A stretch of 28,713 nt of DNA from Vicinamibacteria bacterium (GTDB lineage: Bacteria; Acidobacteriota; Vicinamibacteria; Fen-336; JAGNNV01). The DNA is taken from NCBI GenBank assembly GCA_031405615.1, contig JANNJB010000268.1, forward strand, positions 1-28,713, read 5' to 3'. The notes under the pieces are model-generated. The model was not told the DNA's origin, searched no databases, and saw nothing but the letters and a program-made list of their open reading frames with translations. Position 1 is the stretch's first letter. Every line of letters starts with the position of its first letter. Shown here in pieces: positions 7,745 through 17,218 of the stretch. The position numbers were made by a program, and so were the translations under genes.

Positions 7745-9912
7745 TGCGCCGCTTCGTCAGATCCGTCGTCGCCCATGGCCTCGCACGGACCGGCGCCGAT
7801 CGTTGGATGGGCCGCATCTCAGGAGTTGCGAGCGAACCCCTGATCCTTGGATACCACCGCGTTCTCCCCGACGACGTCACGATCCCGACGCGAGGCGTGC
7901 CCAGCATGGGCATCAGGGTGTCGACGCTGCGCCGTCATCTCGAGTTCATCGCTCGGCGATTCGAGTTCGTTTCTCTCGACGAAATGGGCGCGCGCGTCGA
8001 AGCGGGCGCCGCGTCCGGGCTCGCGGCCCTCACCTTCGATGATGGCTACAAGGATTTCGCCGAGAACGCCTTTCCCCTGCTCCAGAGCATGGGCATTCCG
8101 GCCGCGGTGTTCGTGGTCACGACGCTCCTCGAAGAGGGTGGAGGCTTTCTACACGACCGCGTCTACTCGGCACTCGATCGCGCGATCCGCTCCGGCGGTT
8201 CGAAGCGCGTCCTGGCTCTCCTCGCCGGGGAGGGTCCTCCGCTCGCGGCTCTCCCGGATCAGGCCTTCGCGGCCACCCGCCTGCTGCTCCAGACGTACGA
8301 CCGGCAGGCCCTCACGCGACTCTCCGCCGCCCTCGAAGACGAGTTCGGAAGGGGAGAGACCTCGCCCCGCTCCCTTTCGTGGGACGACCTCATCCGCATG
8401 TCGCGGCTCGGCCTCACCGTCGGCTCCCATACGCGGACACACGCGTTGCTGCCTCGCGAGACGCCCGCCCGCGTGATCGAGGAGACCGTGACGTCCCGTG
8501 CGGAGATCGAGGCGAGGCTCGGTGTTCCCGTTTCGCACTTCGTCTATCCCGACGGCTGCTTCGACCGCGCCGCGGTCCAGGCGGTCGCGGCCGCCGGCTA
8601 CCGCTTCGCGTACACCGGCTGCAAGCACCAGGATCCCGACCATCCCCTGCTGACCCAGGCGCGCCGCGTGTTCTGGGAGGGCTCGACCGAGGGTGTTTCC
8701 GGGGGCTTTTCGCAGGACGTTTTGAGCGGCCAGCTGAATGGGATCTTCGATCGGTCCCGCCCTTGCCTCGACACGCATGGCCTCAAGCCACCCGCACCGT
8801 CGCGGACCACGATCGCGATCGTGGCGCCGAGCCTCGACGTGCCGGGAGGACAAGCCGTTCAGGCCGCAGCCCTTGTGTCGTGCTCTCGCCAGGAAGGAAT
8901 CGACGTTGCGTTCATCGCCACGAATCCACGTTTTCCCCGCGGGCTCCGGTTTTTAAGAGCGGTGCCGGTGGCGCGCACGATTCTCAACCAGGCCCTCTAT
9001 GCCGCGAGCCTTTCCCGTTTGCGCAAGGCCGACGTCGTACACGTCTTCTCCGCCTCGTACTGGTCGTTCCTGCTGGCTCCCGTGCCCGCGATGATCGTGG
9101 CGCGGGCTCTGGGCAAACGCGTGATCCTCAACTATCACAGCGGGGAAGCGAGCGATCACCTGAAGCATTGGCGGGGCCTGGTCCATCCCTGGCTGGGCCT
9201 CGCCCACCGGATCGTCGTCCCGTCTGAGTACCTTCGCCAGGTCTTCGGGGAGCACGGATACCGGGCCCACGTCGTGCCGAATGTCGTTGATACCGGCCTC
9301 TTCGTATACCGGGAACGCGGCGCTTTGCAGCCGAGGTTCCTCTCGACCCGGATGCTCGAACCCAACTATGGCGTCGACGTGGTGGTCAAAGCCTTCGCCG
9401 TGGTGAAGCGCCGGTTCCCCGAGGCGACGCTCACCATCACGGGATCGGGGAGTGAGGAAGCACGCCTCCGCCGCCTGGCCCAGGGCATCGCGGGCATCAC
9501 GTTTCTGGGACGCGTGCGGCCCGAGCGCGTGCCCGCGCTGTGCGATGGCGCAGATGTGTTTCTCAATGCCCCCCTCGTGGACAACCAGCCGCTATCCGTT
9601 CTCGAGGCCTTCGCGTCGGGCCTTCCGGTGGTGACCACCGCAGCGGGGGGCATCGCCACGATGGTGAGTCACGGCGAGTCCGGTCTGATCGTGCCTCCGG
9701 CCGACGCTCAGGCGATGGCCGAGGCGGCGATATCGCTCCTGCGCGACCCTGGCCTTGCGCGCCGGATCGCGCGCGGAGGTCACACCGTGGCGATTGGTCA
9801 CTCCTGGAGCCGGGTGCGCGATCAGTGGAGGGAGATGCACTCGAGCCGAGGGGCCGATATCCGGTTGAACGCGCGATCCCCCGCGGCCCTCGCGGAGGAA
9901 CGGCGATGTTGA
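7744..9912 (+). CDS. Fusion protein: polysaccharide deacetylase (NodB/CE4) + GT4 glycosyltransferase
   Basis: CE4 motifs ILGYHRV, ALTFDDGY, VGSHTRTH, FVYPDG; then after ~8811 GT4 motifs IAIVAPSLDVPGGQ, VVPNVVD, DNQPLSVLEAFASGLPVVTT. No stop between domains. Start ATG 7744 (TAATG overlap), 722 aa. Confidence 0.85.
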   Translation: MRRFVRSVVAHGLARTGADRWMGRISGVASEPLILGYHRVLPDDVTIPTRGVPSMGIRVSTLRRHLEFIARRFEFVSLDEMGARVEAGAASGLAALTFDDGYKDFAENAFPLLQSMGIPAAVFVVTTLLEEGGGFLHDRVYSALDRAIRSGGSKRVLALLAGEGPPLAALPDQAFAATRLLLQTYDRQALTRLSAALEDEFGRGETSPRSLSWDDLIRMSRLGLTVGSHTRTHALLPRETPARVIEETVTSRAEIEARLGVPVSHFVYPDGCFDRAAVQAVAAAGYRFAYTGCKHQDPDHPLLTQARRVFWEGSTEGVSGGFSQDVLSGQLNGIFDRSRPCLDTHGLKPPAPSRTTIAIVAPSLDVPGGQAVQAAALVSCSRQEGIDVAFIATNPRFPRGLRFLRAVPVARTILNQALYAASLSRLRKADVVHVFSASYWSFLLAPVPAMIVARALGKRVILNYHSGEASDHLKHWRGLVHPWLGLAHRIVVPSEYLRQVFGEHGYRAHVVPNVVDTGLFVYRERGALQPRFLSTRMLEPNYGVDVVVKAFAVVKRRFPEATLTITGSGSEEARLRRLAQGIAGITFLGRVRPERVPALCDGADVFLNAPLVDNQPLSVLEAFASGLPVVTTAAGGIATMVSHGESGLIVPPADAQAMAEAAISLLRDPGLARRIARGGHTVAIGHSWSRVRDQWREMHSSRGADIRLNARSPAALAEERRC

Positions 9913-12080
9913 CCCGGCTTCTCAAGATGGGCCTCGGAGAGGTCGCGGATCGCAGCCGACAGAAGGCCTCGATGTGGTTCGAGCGAAACGCAGTGAGGAC
10001 GCCCCAGTCGCGACATCGCGCCCACCGGTCGGCCGGAGGCGATCATGAGTTCGCGGCCCGGCAGTCCCTCGACTACTTTCAGGCGACAGGTCCCGATCGG
10101 TTCTTCGCGGGCGTTGCCGATCCTCAGAGTCCGGGGCTTTTCGAAAGTCTCTCGCCGAACGCGCAAGCGGGTGTGCTTGCCTCGGCCGAGAGTGTTCGAG
10201 CCGGGCGCTTTGATCTGCTCGGCTACAAGGGACTCTTCTTCGGCGATCCCATCAACTGGAGGCTGGATCCGATCTCGGGGCAGACGTCTCCCCTCGTTCA
10301 CTGGACGTCGATCAACGCCCTCGACTCCGCGGTGGTGGGAGACAGCAAGGTGGTGTGGGAGCTGAACCGGCTGCAGTTCCTCGTCACCCTTGGTCTGGCC
10401 TACCGGGCAAGCGGAGATGAAAGGAACGCCTTCGCCTTCGCGAGCCTCGTCCGGGCCTGGATCCGCGACAACCGGACCGGCTTTGGGATCAACTGGGTCA
10501 GCTCTCTGGAGGCGGCGTTCCGAATCGTCTCGTGGAGCTGGGCCTTGTCGCTGTTTCGCTGGTCTCCGCATCTCACCCCGGACCTGTTCTGGGAAATGAC
10601 GGGAGCGATCGAGACCCACGCGGCTCACGTCGAGCGGTACCTCTCCCGCCATTCATCACCCAACACCCATCTGACCGTCGAGGCGCTCGGTCTCTTTTAC
10701 GCGGGCACGCTCTTTCCGGACAATCCGCTGGCCGCGCGCTGGCGAACCCTCGGCCAGGGCATTCTGGATGAACAGATCCATCACCAGGTCCTCCCCGATG
10801 GTGTGTACTTCGAGCAGGCCACCGCGTATCAGATCTACACGATCGAGATCTACCTGCACTACCTGATTCTGGCCGCGCGGAATCATGTGCCGGTGCCCGC
10901 GGACATCGCGGCCAGCGTTCAACGAATGCTCGACGTCATCCTGGCCCTGCGTCGGCCCGATGGTGGCGTCCCCTCGATCGGCGATGGGGATGGCGGGTCC
11001 CTGCTTCCTCTCGTGCGCCGGGAGCCCGACGACGCGCGCGGCGTCTTTTCCGTGGCCGCGGCATTCTTTGGCCGCCCCGACTTCGCCTGGGCGGCCGAGT
11101 CGGTTCAACCCGAGGCCCTGTGGCTGCTCGGTCCTGCCGCGATCGCGGTGTTCGAAGCCACCGGAGCTGCACCTCCAGCTTCGGCCTCGCGCGCGTTTCC
11201 TGGCGGCTACGTGGTGATGCGTTCGGGCTGGCAGCGCACCGCCCATCACCTGGTGTTCGATGTGGGACCGCTTGGGTGTCCCATGAGCGGGGCGCACGGT
11301 CACGCTGATCTTCTGAGCGTCGTGGTCAGTCCGTTCGGCGAACCGTTCATCGTCGACCCCGGCACTTGCGTTTACGCCGCCGATCCCGCCTTCCGCCGGC
11401 ATTTCCGCGGCACCGCCGCGCACTCAACCGTGACCGTGGATGGCCTCGGTCAGGCCGAGCCCGCGGGGCCCTTCAGCTGGCAAGAGCGCCCCGAAGCACG
11501 CCTGGGCCGATTTGAATCCAACGCCGACTTCGATTTCGCCGATGCGAGCCACGACGCCTATAAGCGCCTGGCGGATCCGGTCACTCACCGGCGGCGCGTG
11601 GTGTTCATCAAGTCCCCAGGCTACTGGGTCATCGTGGATGATCTCGCGGGTTCGGCGGAGCACCGTTTTGAGCAGGGTTTTCAGTTCACAGCACTCCCCG
11701 TGGGCCGGACTCCGGATGGTTGGGTACGCGCCAGGGGCTCACGAGGCCGCGGACTCTTGATCAGGACGTTCGCCAACGCGGCGGTCGAGACCAGGATTGA
11801 ATCCGGTTCGCTTCAACCCATCGCCGGATGGATCTCGGCCAACTACGGCCAGCGCTCTCCCGCACCCTTGCTCGTGTTCAGCGTAGCGGCGTCCGCGTCC
11901 ATCCGGATGGTCACCCTGCTGTTCCCGGTCGAAGACGCCGGAGCCGAGCCGCCGCGCGTGCGCGCGATCGGGGATGAGGGGCGGGCGCCCAGGGGCCTTC
12001 GTTTCGACGACACGAACCAGGTCCTCCGCTTCGACCCCGACGCGTTCGCCCTTGAAGGACTTCCGCCATGGAAACCCTGA
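9906..12080 (+). CDS. Heparinase II/III-family protein (alginate-lyase/heparinase-like alpha-toroid + beta-sandwich)
   Basis: KVVWELNRLQFL, SPNTHLTVEALGL, DGVYFEQATAY, HGHADLLS, VDPGTCVY, FRGTAAHSTVTVDG, HRRRV. Start ATG 9906 with GGAGG upstream, overlapping the previous stop. Confidence 0.85.
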   Translation: MLTRLLKMGLGEVADRSRQKASMWFERNAVRTPQSRHRAHRSAGGDHEFAARQSLDYFQATGPDRFFAGVADPQSPGLFESLSPNAQAGVLASAESVRAGRFDLLGYKGLFFGDPINWRLDPISGQTSPLVHWTSINALDSAVVGDSKVVWELNRLQFLVTLGLAYRASGDERNAFAFASLVRAWIRDNRTGFGINWVSSLEAAFRIVSWSWALSLFRWSPHLTPDLFWEMTGAIETHAAHVERYLSRHSSPNTHLTVEALGLFYAGTLFPDNPLAARWRTLGQGILDEQIHHQVLPDGVYFEQATAYQIYTIEIYLHYLILAARNHVPVPADIAASVQRMLDVILALRRPDGGVPSIGDGDGGSLLPLVRREPDDARGVFSVAAAFFGRPDFAWAAESVQPEALWLLGPAAIAVFEATGAAPPASASRAFPGGYVVMRSGWQRTAHHLVFDVGPLGCPMSGAHGHADLLSVVVSPFGEPFIVDPGTCVYAADPAFRRHFRGTAAHSTVTVDGLGQAEPAGPFSWQERPEARLGRFESNADFDFADASHDAYKRLADPVTHRRRVVFIKSPGYWVIVDDLAGSAEHRFEQGFQFTALPVGRTPDGWVRARGSRGRGLLIRTFANAAVETRIESGSLQPIAGWISANYGQRSPAPLLVFSVAASASIRMVTLLFPVEDAGAEPPRVRAIGDEGRAPRGLRFDDTNQVLRFDPDAFALEGLPPWKP

Positions 12081-12931
12081 CCCGCCTCACCCGACGCGAG
12101 CACTGGGACGCGGTGCATGCCTTCGAAAAGGCCGATGCCCGGAAGACTCCCGAAGCGGAGAAGAGCTGGGCACGCCGCACCCTGAAGGGGCTGGTCGGAA
12201 GCCGCTTCATCGAATACATGTCGAGTTACGACGACCATCAGATCTGGGACCTTCTCTACCGGCGTCACCTGCCCCTTCCCGGGGCAACGGTGGTGGAGAT
12301 CGGCAGCGCTCCGGGCGACCATCTGGTGAAACTGAGCGAGACCTTCGGCCTCGTGCCTTACGGCATCGAATACTCACCCGCGGGGGTCGAAGTCAATCGG
12401 TCTCTCTTCGCGAGCCGCGGCCTCGACCCGAGCAACGTCCTTGCGATGGACTTCTTCTTCTCCGAGGAGTGCCAGGAGGCCAGTCGCGAGCGCTTCGACG
12501 TGGTGGTGTCCCGCGGCTTCATCGAACATTTCGAGGAGCCCCGGTCCGTGGTCGACCGCCACATCGATCTTCTCAAGCCCGGCGGGCTCCTGGTTGTGAC
12601 CATCCCGAACCTTCGGGGCGTCAACCACGCCTTGACCCGGCTCTTCCACCCCGAACTCATTCCCATGCACAACCTCTCGATCATGTCGAAGGCGCCGTTC
12701 CTCCAGCTCTTCGACACCAACCGGGTGAGGCCCCTCGTCTGCGCCTATGTGGGGACCTTCAGCTTTTATCTCTTCAATGTGAAGGAAGGCTCTCGCCTCG
12801 CCCCTCTGCTGCGTCTGTGCATGAAGGCCCAGAGTCTCTTGAACGTTTTGTTCCGGACCTGCCTCGGAGATCGGGGCGCCGAGAATCGTTTCACCAGCCC
12901 GCAGCTCATCTTCATCGGCGTCAAGAGATAG
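12068..12931 (+). CDS. Class I SAM-dependent methyltransferase, copy 1
   Basis: Motif I VVEIGSAPG, GIEYS, FDVVVSRGFIEHF, LKPGGLLVVTIPN; GAAGGA RBS upstream of ATG 12068. Confidence 0.88.
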   Translation: METLTRLTRREHWDAVHAFEKADARKTPEAEKSWARRTLKGLVGSRFIEYMSSYDDHQIWDLLYRRHLPLPGATVVEIGSAPGDHLVKLSETFGLVPYGIEYSPAGVEVNRSLFASRGLDPSNVLAMDFFFSEECQEASRERFDVVVSRGFIEHFEEPRSVVDRHIDLLKPGGLLVVTIPNLRGVNHALTRLFHPELIPMHNLSIMSKAPFLQLFDTNRVRPLVCAYVGTFSFYLFNVKEGSRLAPLLRLCMKAQSLLNVLFRTCLGDRGAENRFTSPQLIFIGVKR

Positions 12932-12933
12932 CC

Positions 12934-14844
12934 ATGTGCGGCATCGTCGGGATCCTTCGCCTCCATCCATCCGCTCCAAGAGTGGACACGGAGCGGCTGA
13001 CCCGCATGCGCGATGTCCTGCGCCATAGAGGACCGGACGGAGAGGGCCTCCACATCAAGGAGCCCATCGGCCTCGGGCATCGGCGTCTCGCGATCGTGGA
13101 CATCGAAGGCGGAGCGCAGCCCATGTGCAACGAGGACGGCACGGTGTGGATCACCTTCAACGGAGAGATCTACAACCATGCTTCGCTCCGTCCCGGCCTC
13201 GAGGCCCGCGGCCACCGGTACAAGACGCGCAGCGACACCGAAACCATCCTTCACCTCTATGAGGAGATGGGGGAGCGTTGTGTCGAACGCCTCTCCGGAA
13301 TGTTCGCCTTCGCGATCTGGGACGAAAAGCGCGAGCGGTTGCTCCTCGCCCGGGACCGGCTGGGAATCAAGCCGCTCTATTACGCGATCAACGACCAGGA
13401 GCTGGTGTTCGCTTCCGAAGTGAAAGCGCTCCTCGAAGCCGGGCACCCGCCGCGGCTCAACGATCGTGCTCTGAGCGAGTACCTGGCCACGCGTTTCGTG
13501 TCGGGGGCTTCGACCCTCTTCGAAGGGGTCAAGCGGCTGGAGGCGGGAAGGACGCTCACGTGGTCGCGCGAGGAGGGCTTTGTCGAGCGGCGGTACTGGT
13601 CCATTCCGCCGGTGTCCGAAGACACTCACTCTCCGCAGGCAGAGCGGGCGGAGGTTCTGGCGCTTCGCCTGCGCGAAGCGGTGAAGAGCCACCTCATGAG
13701 CGATGTTCCCCTGGGGCTCTTCCTGTCCGGCGGCATCGATTCGAGCGGACTCCTCGGCCTCATGGCTCCTCTCATGCGGGAGCCGGTCCGCACCTTCGCG
13801 GTGGGTTTCGCCGAGCGCGGGGCTTCCGAGCTTGCCTATGCGCGACTCGCCGCCGAGCGTGCCGGATCCATCCACCGCGAGCTGGTTGTTTCCGCGGACC
13901 AGTTCTTCGCCGAGCTGCCTCGCCTGATCTGGCATGAAGACGAACCGATGGCGTTCGCCTCGAGCGTGCCCTTGTACTTCCTTTCGCGGCATGCCCGCGA
14001 TCACGTCAAGGTGGTGCTCACCGGCGAAGGTGCTGACGAATTGTTCCTCGGCTACAACCGCTACCGCGTCACCGCCTGGAACGAAAGGCTCGGGCGGGCC
14101 TATGCGTCGATGCTTCCCCAGGCCGCCCGCCGCGGCGTGCGCGGTCTGGTGAAGCGCCTTCCGCGCAAGGCCGGCCGCTACCTTGGACGGAGCTTCCTCG
14201 GCCAGCCGCCCGGCATGAGGTCTTTGTTTTGCGAGAACTTCGCGGTGTTCGATTCCTCGCGCCGGGAACGTCTGGTCGACCCGCAGATGCTCCGAAGTTC
14301 GGGGGATGCCCATGGTGAGGAAATGCGCTGCTACGACGAAGCTTCAGGAACGCCCCTCGATCGCATGAGCCGAGCAGACCTTCAGACGTATCTGGGTCGG
14401 CTCCTGATGAAGCAGGACACGATGAGCATGGCCGCCTCGATCGAAAGCCGCGTGCCCTTTCTGGATCACGAGCTTGTGGAGCACGTCGCCGCTTTGCCGG
14501 CATCAGCCAAGCTCCGGGGCTTCACCACGAAAGCGATTCTGCGCGACGCCCTCGCCGACATCGTTCCGAAGGAGATCCTGTCTCGCCCGAAAATGGGCTT
14601 TCCGGTTCCCCTCGGATCCTGGTTTGCCGGGCCTTTCCAATCCGTGGTCCGCGAGTTCGTCCTCTCCCCTCGCGCCCGAGGACGCGGTCTGTTTCAGCCG
14701 AAGGAGACCGCGCGCCTCGTCGAGGAGCACCGCAGCGGCGTCATCGACCATGGCGAACGCCTCTGGCTGCTCGTCAATCTCGAGATCTGGCATCGCGTGT
14801 TCCTCGATCGCGAGAGCGCGTCATCCGTCATGAAGGCGGCCTGA
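12934..14844 (+). CDS. asnB: Asparagine synthase (glutamine-hydrolysing)-family amidotransferase
   Basis: N-terminal MCGIVG (Ntn nucleophile Cys), HRGPDG, LGHRRLAIVD, FNGEIYNH, RDRLGIKPLYY, FLSGGIDSS, LTGEGADELFLGY, ESRVPFLD, RPKMGF. True start is ATG 12934, not 11974. Confidence 0.95.
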   Translation: MCGIVGILRLHPSAPRVDTERLTRMRDVLRHRGPDGEGLHIKEPIGLGHRRLAIVDIEGGAQPMCNEDGTVWITFNGEIYNHASLRPGLEARGHRYKTRSDTETILHLYEEMGERCVERLSGMFAFAIWDEKRERLLLARDRLGIKPLYYAINDQELVFASEVKALLEAGHPPRLNDRALSEYLATRFVSGASTLFEGVKRLEAGRTLTWSREEGFVERRYWSIPPVSEDTHSPQAERAEVLALRLREAVKSHLMSDVPLGLFLSGGIDSSGLLGLMAPLMREPVRTFAVGFAERGASELAYARLAAERAGSIHRELVVSADQFFAELPRLIWHEDEPMAFASSVPLYFLSRHARDHVKVVLTGEGADELFLGYNRYRVTAWNERLGRAYASMLPQAARRGVRGLVKRLPRKAGRYLGRSFLGQPPGMRSLFCENFAVFDSSRRERLVDPQMLRSSGDAHGEEMRCYDEASGTPLDRMSRADLQTYLGRLLMKQDTMSMAASIESRVPFLDHELVEHVAALPASAKLRGFTTKAILRDALADIVPKEILSRPKMGFPVPLGSWFAGPFQSVVREFVLSPRARGRGLFQPKETARLVEEHRSGVIDHGERLWLLVNLEIWHRVFLDRESASSVMKAA

Positions 14845-16023
14845 GTGGAAACCACGACGAGCGCGAACATCGTCTGCTTCGCCAAGGACTGGAGCGAGGA
14901 TCCGACGAGCTGCAATCACGTGATGCGGGCGCTCAGCCGCGACAACCGGGTGCTGTGGCTGAACTCGGTGGGCGCGCGGCGTCCCAACTTCGGAAGCGCC
15001 CGGGACCTTCGCAAGATGGGTTCGAAGGTGCTCGGGTTCTTGAAAGGCGCGCGGGAAGTGGAGCCGAATCTCTGGGTCTACACCCCCCTCGTCCTGCCGT
15101 TTCCCTACTCCAAAGCCGCGGCCCGCATCAATGCATCGATCCTCAAGCTCACGGTGGGAATGGTGCGGCGCTTCCTGGGTATGCGTGATTTCCAGCTCTG
15201 GACGTTCCTGCCTACGACCGCGAGTTTTGTCGGCGCCATGGGCGAGTCCCTCGCCGTCTACTACTGCACCGACGAGTGGTCGGGCTTCTCTCATCTTGGG
15301 AAGGAGCCCGTGGCGGTGATGGAGAAAGCGCTGTGCGGCAAGGCGGACGTGGTGTTCGCCACATCGAACCCGCTGGTCGAGCGAAAAAAGGGCTACAACA
15401 AGGAGACCCACCTCGCCTCTCATGGCGTCGACCATGCCCATTTCGCCTCGGCACTTGACGTGAACACCAAGGTCGCCGACGAACTTCTTGGCCTCGGCCG
15501 GCCGATCGTTGGCTTCTTCGGCCTCATAGAGAACTGGATCGACCTGGACCTCGTGGCCTACATCGCCGAACAACGGCCTTCGTGGTCGGTGGTTCTCGTG
15601 GGTCGGGCGGCGGTGGATGTGTCGTCTCTCTCGCGTTTCCCGAACATTCACCTGCTCGGCCGCCGGCCGTATGCCGATCTCCCTCGCTACGCCAAGGGTT
15701 TTGATGTCGCGATCTGTCCCTTCGTCACGAACGAACTGACCCGGAACATCAATCCGGTCAAGTTGCGCGAGTACCTCAGCGCCGGCCTTCCCGTGGTGGC
15801 GATCGGTATTCCCGAGGCCGCCGCCTACCCCGGTTCCTGCCATCTGGTCTATGGCAAGGACGCCTTCGTCGTCGCGTGCGAGAGGGCGATGCGCGACGAT
15901 TCACCCGCACTTCGTGAAGAGCGAAGTGTGGGGATGCTCAATGAGACGTGGGACAAGAAGGCCGCGGCGAGCCTTGGGATCGCTTTGCGAGTGAAGGCCT
16001 TGCGCGCGGGGGTGGCGGCGTGA
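14845..16023 (+). CDS. GT-B glycosyltransferase (TuaH-like GT4/GT1 subfamily)
   Basis: VYYCTDEW, ADVVFATS, SHGVDHAHF, GFFGLIENWID, YAKGFDVAICPF, NPVKLREYLSAGLPVV. GTG immediately follows the asnB stop. Confidence 0.85.
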   Translation: METTTSANIVCFAKDWSEDPTSCNHVMRALSRDNRVLWLNSVGARRPNFGSARDLRKMGSKVLGFLKGAREVEPNLWVYTPLVLPFPYSKAAARINASILKLTVGMVRRFLGMRDFQLWTFLPTTASFVGAMGESLAVYYCTDEWSGFSHLGKEPVAVMEKALCGKADVVFATSNPLVERKKGYNKETHLASHGVDHAHFASALDVNTKVADELLGLGRPIVGFFGLIENWIDLDLVAYIAEQRPSWSVVLVGRAAVDVSSLSRFPNIHLLGRRPYADLPRYAKGFDVAICPFVTNELTRNINPVKLREYLSAGLPVVAIGIPEAAAYPGSCHLVYGKDAFVVACERAMRDDSPALREERSVGMLNETWDKKAAASLGIALRVKALRAGVAA

Positions 16024-17204
16024 GCGTCAAGATACTGTGCGTCGTGGGGGCGAGGCCCAACTTCATCAAGATCGCCCCGTTGATGAGCAGCTTCGCTGGT
16101 CTGCCGTTTTTCGAGTCACGGCTCATCCATACCGGACAACACTACGATGCGCGGCTCTCGGACGTCTTCTTCCGCCAGCTCGAGATTCGGAAGCCGGACG
16201 TGGACCTGGGAGTGGGGCCGGGGACGCAGACCGAGCAGACCGCCGAGATCATGCGCCGGTTCGAACCGGTCCTCGAGGCCGAGCAACCGCAGGCGGTGCT
16301 GGTGGTAGGCGACGTCAATTCCACGATCGCCTGTTCGCTCGCGACCGCGAAGTTCCTGCTGCGCACGCCGTTTCGATGGGGAAAGGGGCAACGGTCTCGC
16401 CCGGTGGTGATCCATGTCGAGGCCGGGCTTCGCAGTTTCGACGACGACATGCCGGAAGAGATGAATCGCCGACTGACCGACGTGTTGTCCGATCTCCTCT
16501 TCGTTTCCGAACCATCGGGACTCGTGAATCTGACTCGCGAAGGCGTGCCGAGGCAGAAGATGCATCTGGTCGGCAACGTCATGATCGACACCCTCCTCAA
16601 GGCCCGCGAGGAAGCGCTCCGATCACCGATCCTCGCGCAGATGGGAATTTCGGGGCGGGCGTATGGCCTGCTCACCCTTCATCGTCCCTCCAATGTCGAC
16701 AATCCGGAGGAACTCAGAGCCCTTCTAGGCGTCCTCGATCTTTTGGCCGCGCGTCTGCCTTTCGTGTTTCCGGTGCATCCGAGAACGCGCGCACGCCTGA
16801 CCAGCGCGGGAATCGTTCTGCCCTCGCCACGTTGGACCTTGACCGAACCTCTCGGCTACATGGAATTTCTCGCCCTGCAATCCTCAGCCCGACTCGTGAT
16901 GACCGATTCGGGCGGCGTTCAGGAAGAAACCACGGCGCTCGGCGTTCCCTGCATCACGCTGCGCGAGAACACCGAACGCCCCTGCACGGTCACCGAGGGA
17001 ACGAACCGGATCGCGGGAACCAGCCGGCAAGGGATCCTGGCCGCTTTCGATCTCGCCATGAGAACGGACGCTTCGCCGGACAAGCCGCGTGTCCCCGCAC
17101 TCTGGGACGGCCAGGCCGCCCATCGAGTGACCGCGACCCTGCTGCGGCTTTTCGAGGAGAGCGGCGATGTCTCGATAGACGGAGCGCGGCGTTTGAGCGC
17201 GTGA
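16020..17204 (+). CDS. wecB: UDP-N-acetylglucosamine 2-epimerase (non-hydrolysing)
   Basis: VVGARPNFIKIAP, IHTGQHYD, VVGDVNSTIA, HVEAGLRS, MPEEMNR, GNVMIDTL, TLHRPSNVD, TDSGGVQEET, RENTERP. Start GTG 16020 (GTGA overlap). Confidence 0.95.
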   Translation: MSVKILCVVGARPNFIKIAPLMSSFAGLPFFESRLIHTGQHYDARLSDVFFRQLEIRKPDVDLGVGPGTQTEQTAEIMRRFEPVLEAEQPQAVLVVGDVNSTIACSLATAKFLLRTPFRWGKGQRSRPVVIHVEAGLRSFDDDMPEEMNRRLTDVLSDLLFVSEPSGLVNLTREGVPRQKMHLVGNVMIDTLLKAREEALRSPILAQMGISGRAYGLLTLHRPSNVDNPEELRALLGVLDLLAARLPFVFPVHPRTRARLTSAGIVLPSPRWTLTEPLGYMEFLALQSSARLVMTDSGGVQEETTALGVPCITLRENTERPCTVTEGTNRIAGTSRQGILAAFDLAMRTDASPDKPRVPALWDGQAAHRVTATLLRLFEESGDVSIDGARRLSA

Positions 17205-17218
17205 GATCCGAGGCAAGA

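Noticed and set aside
12446-12461. (TTC)n run giving DFFFS in methyltransferase 1 as a possible phase-variation tract
   Set aside because: Only three trinucleotide units; slippage would be in-frame.
11974-12933. 956-aa ORF appearing to add 320 aa to AsnB, overlapping the methyltransferase in another frame
   Set aside because: AsnB needs the N-terminal Cys of MCG (ATG 12934). The extension is Arg/Pro-rich off-frame read-through, expected in GC-rich DNA.
16037-17200. 774-aa ORF suggesting a long N-terminal extension of GNAT copy 2
   Set aside because: The extension is an alternative frame over wecB with no domain features; the true start is 17201 or 17219.
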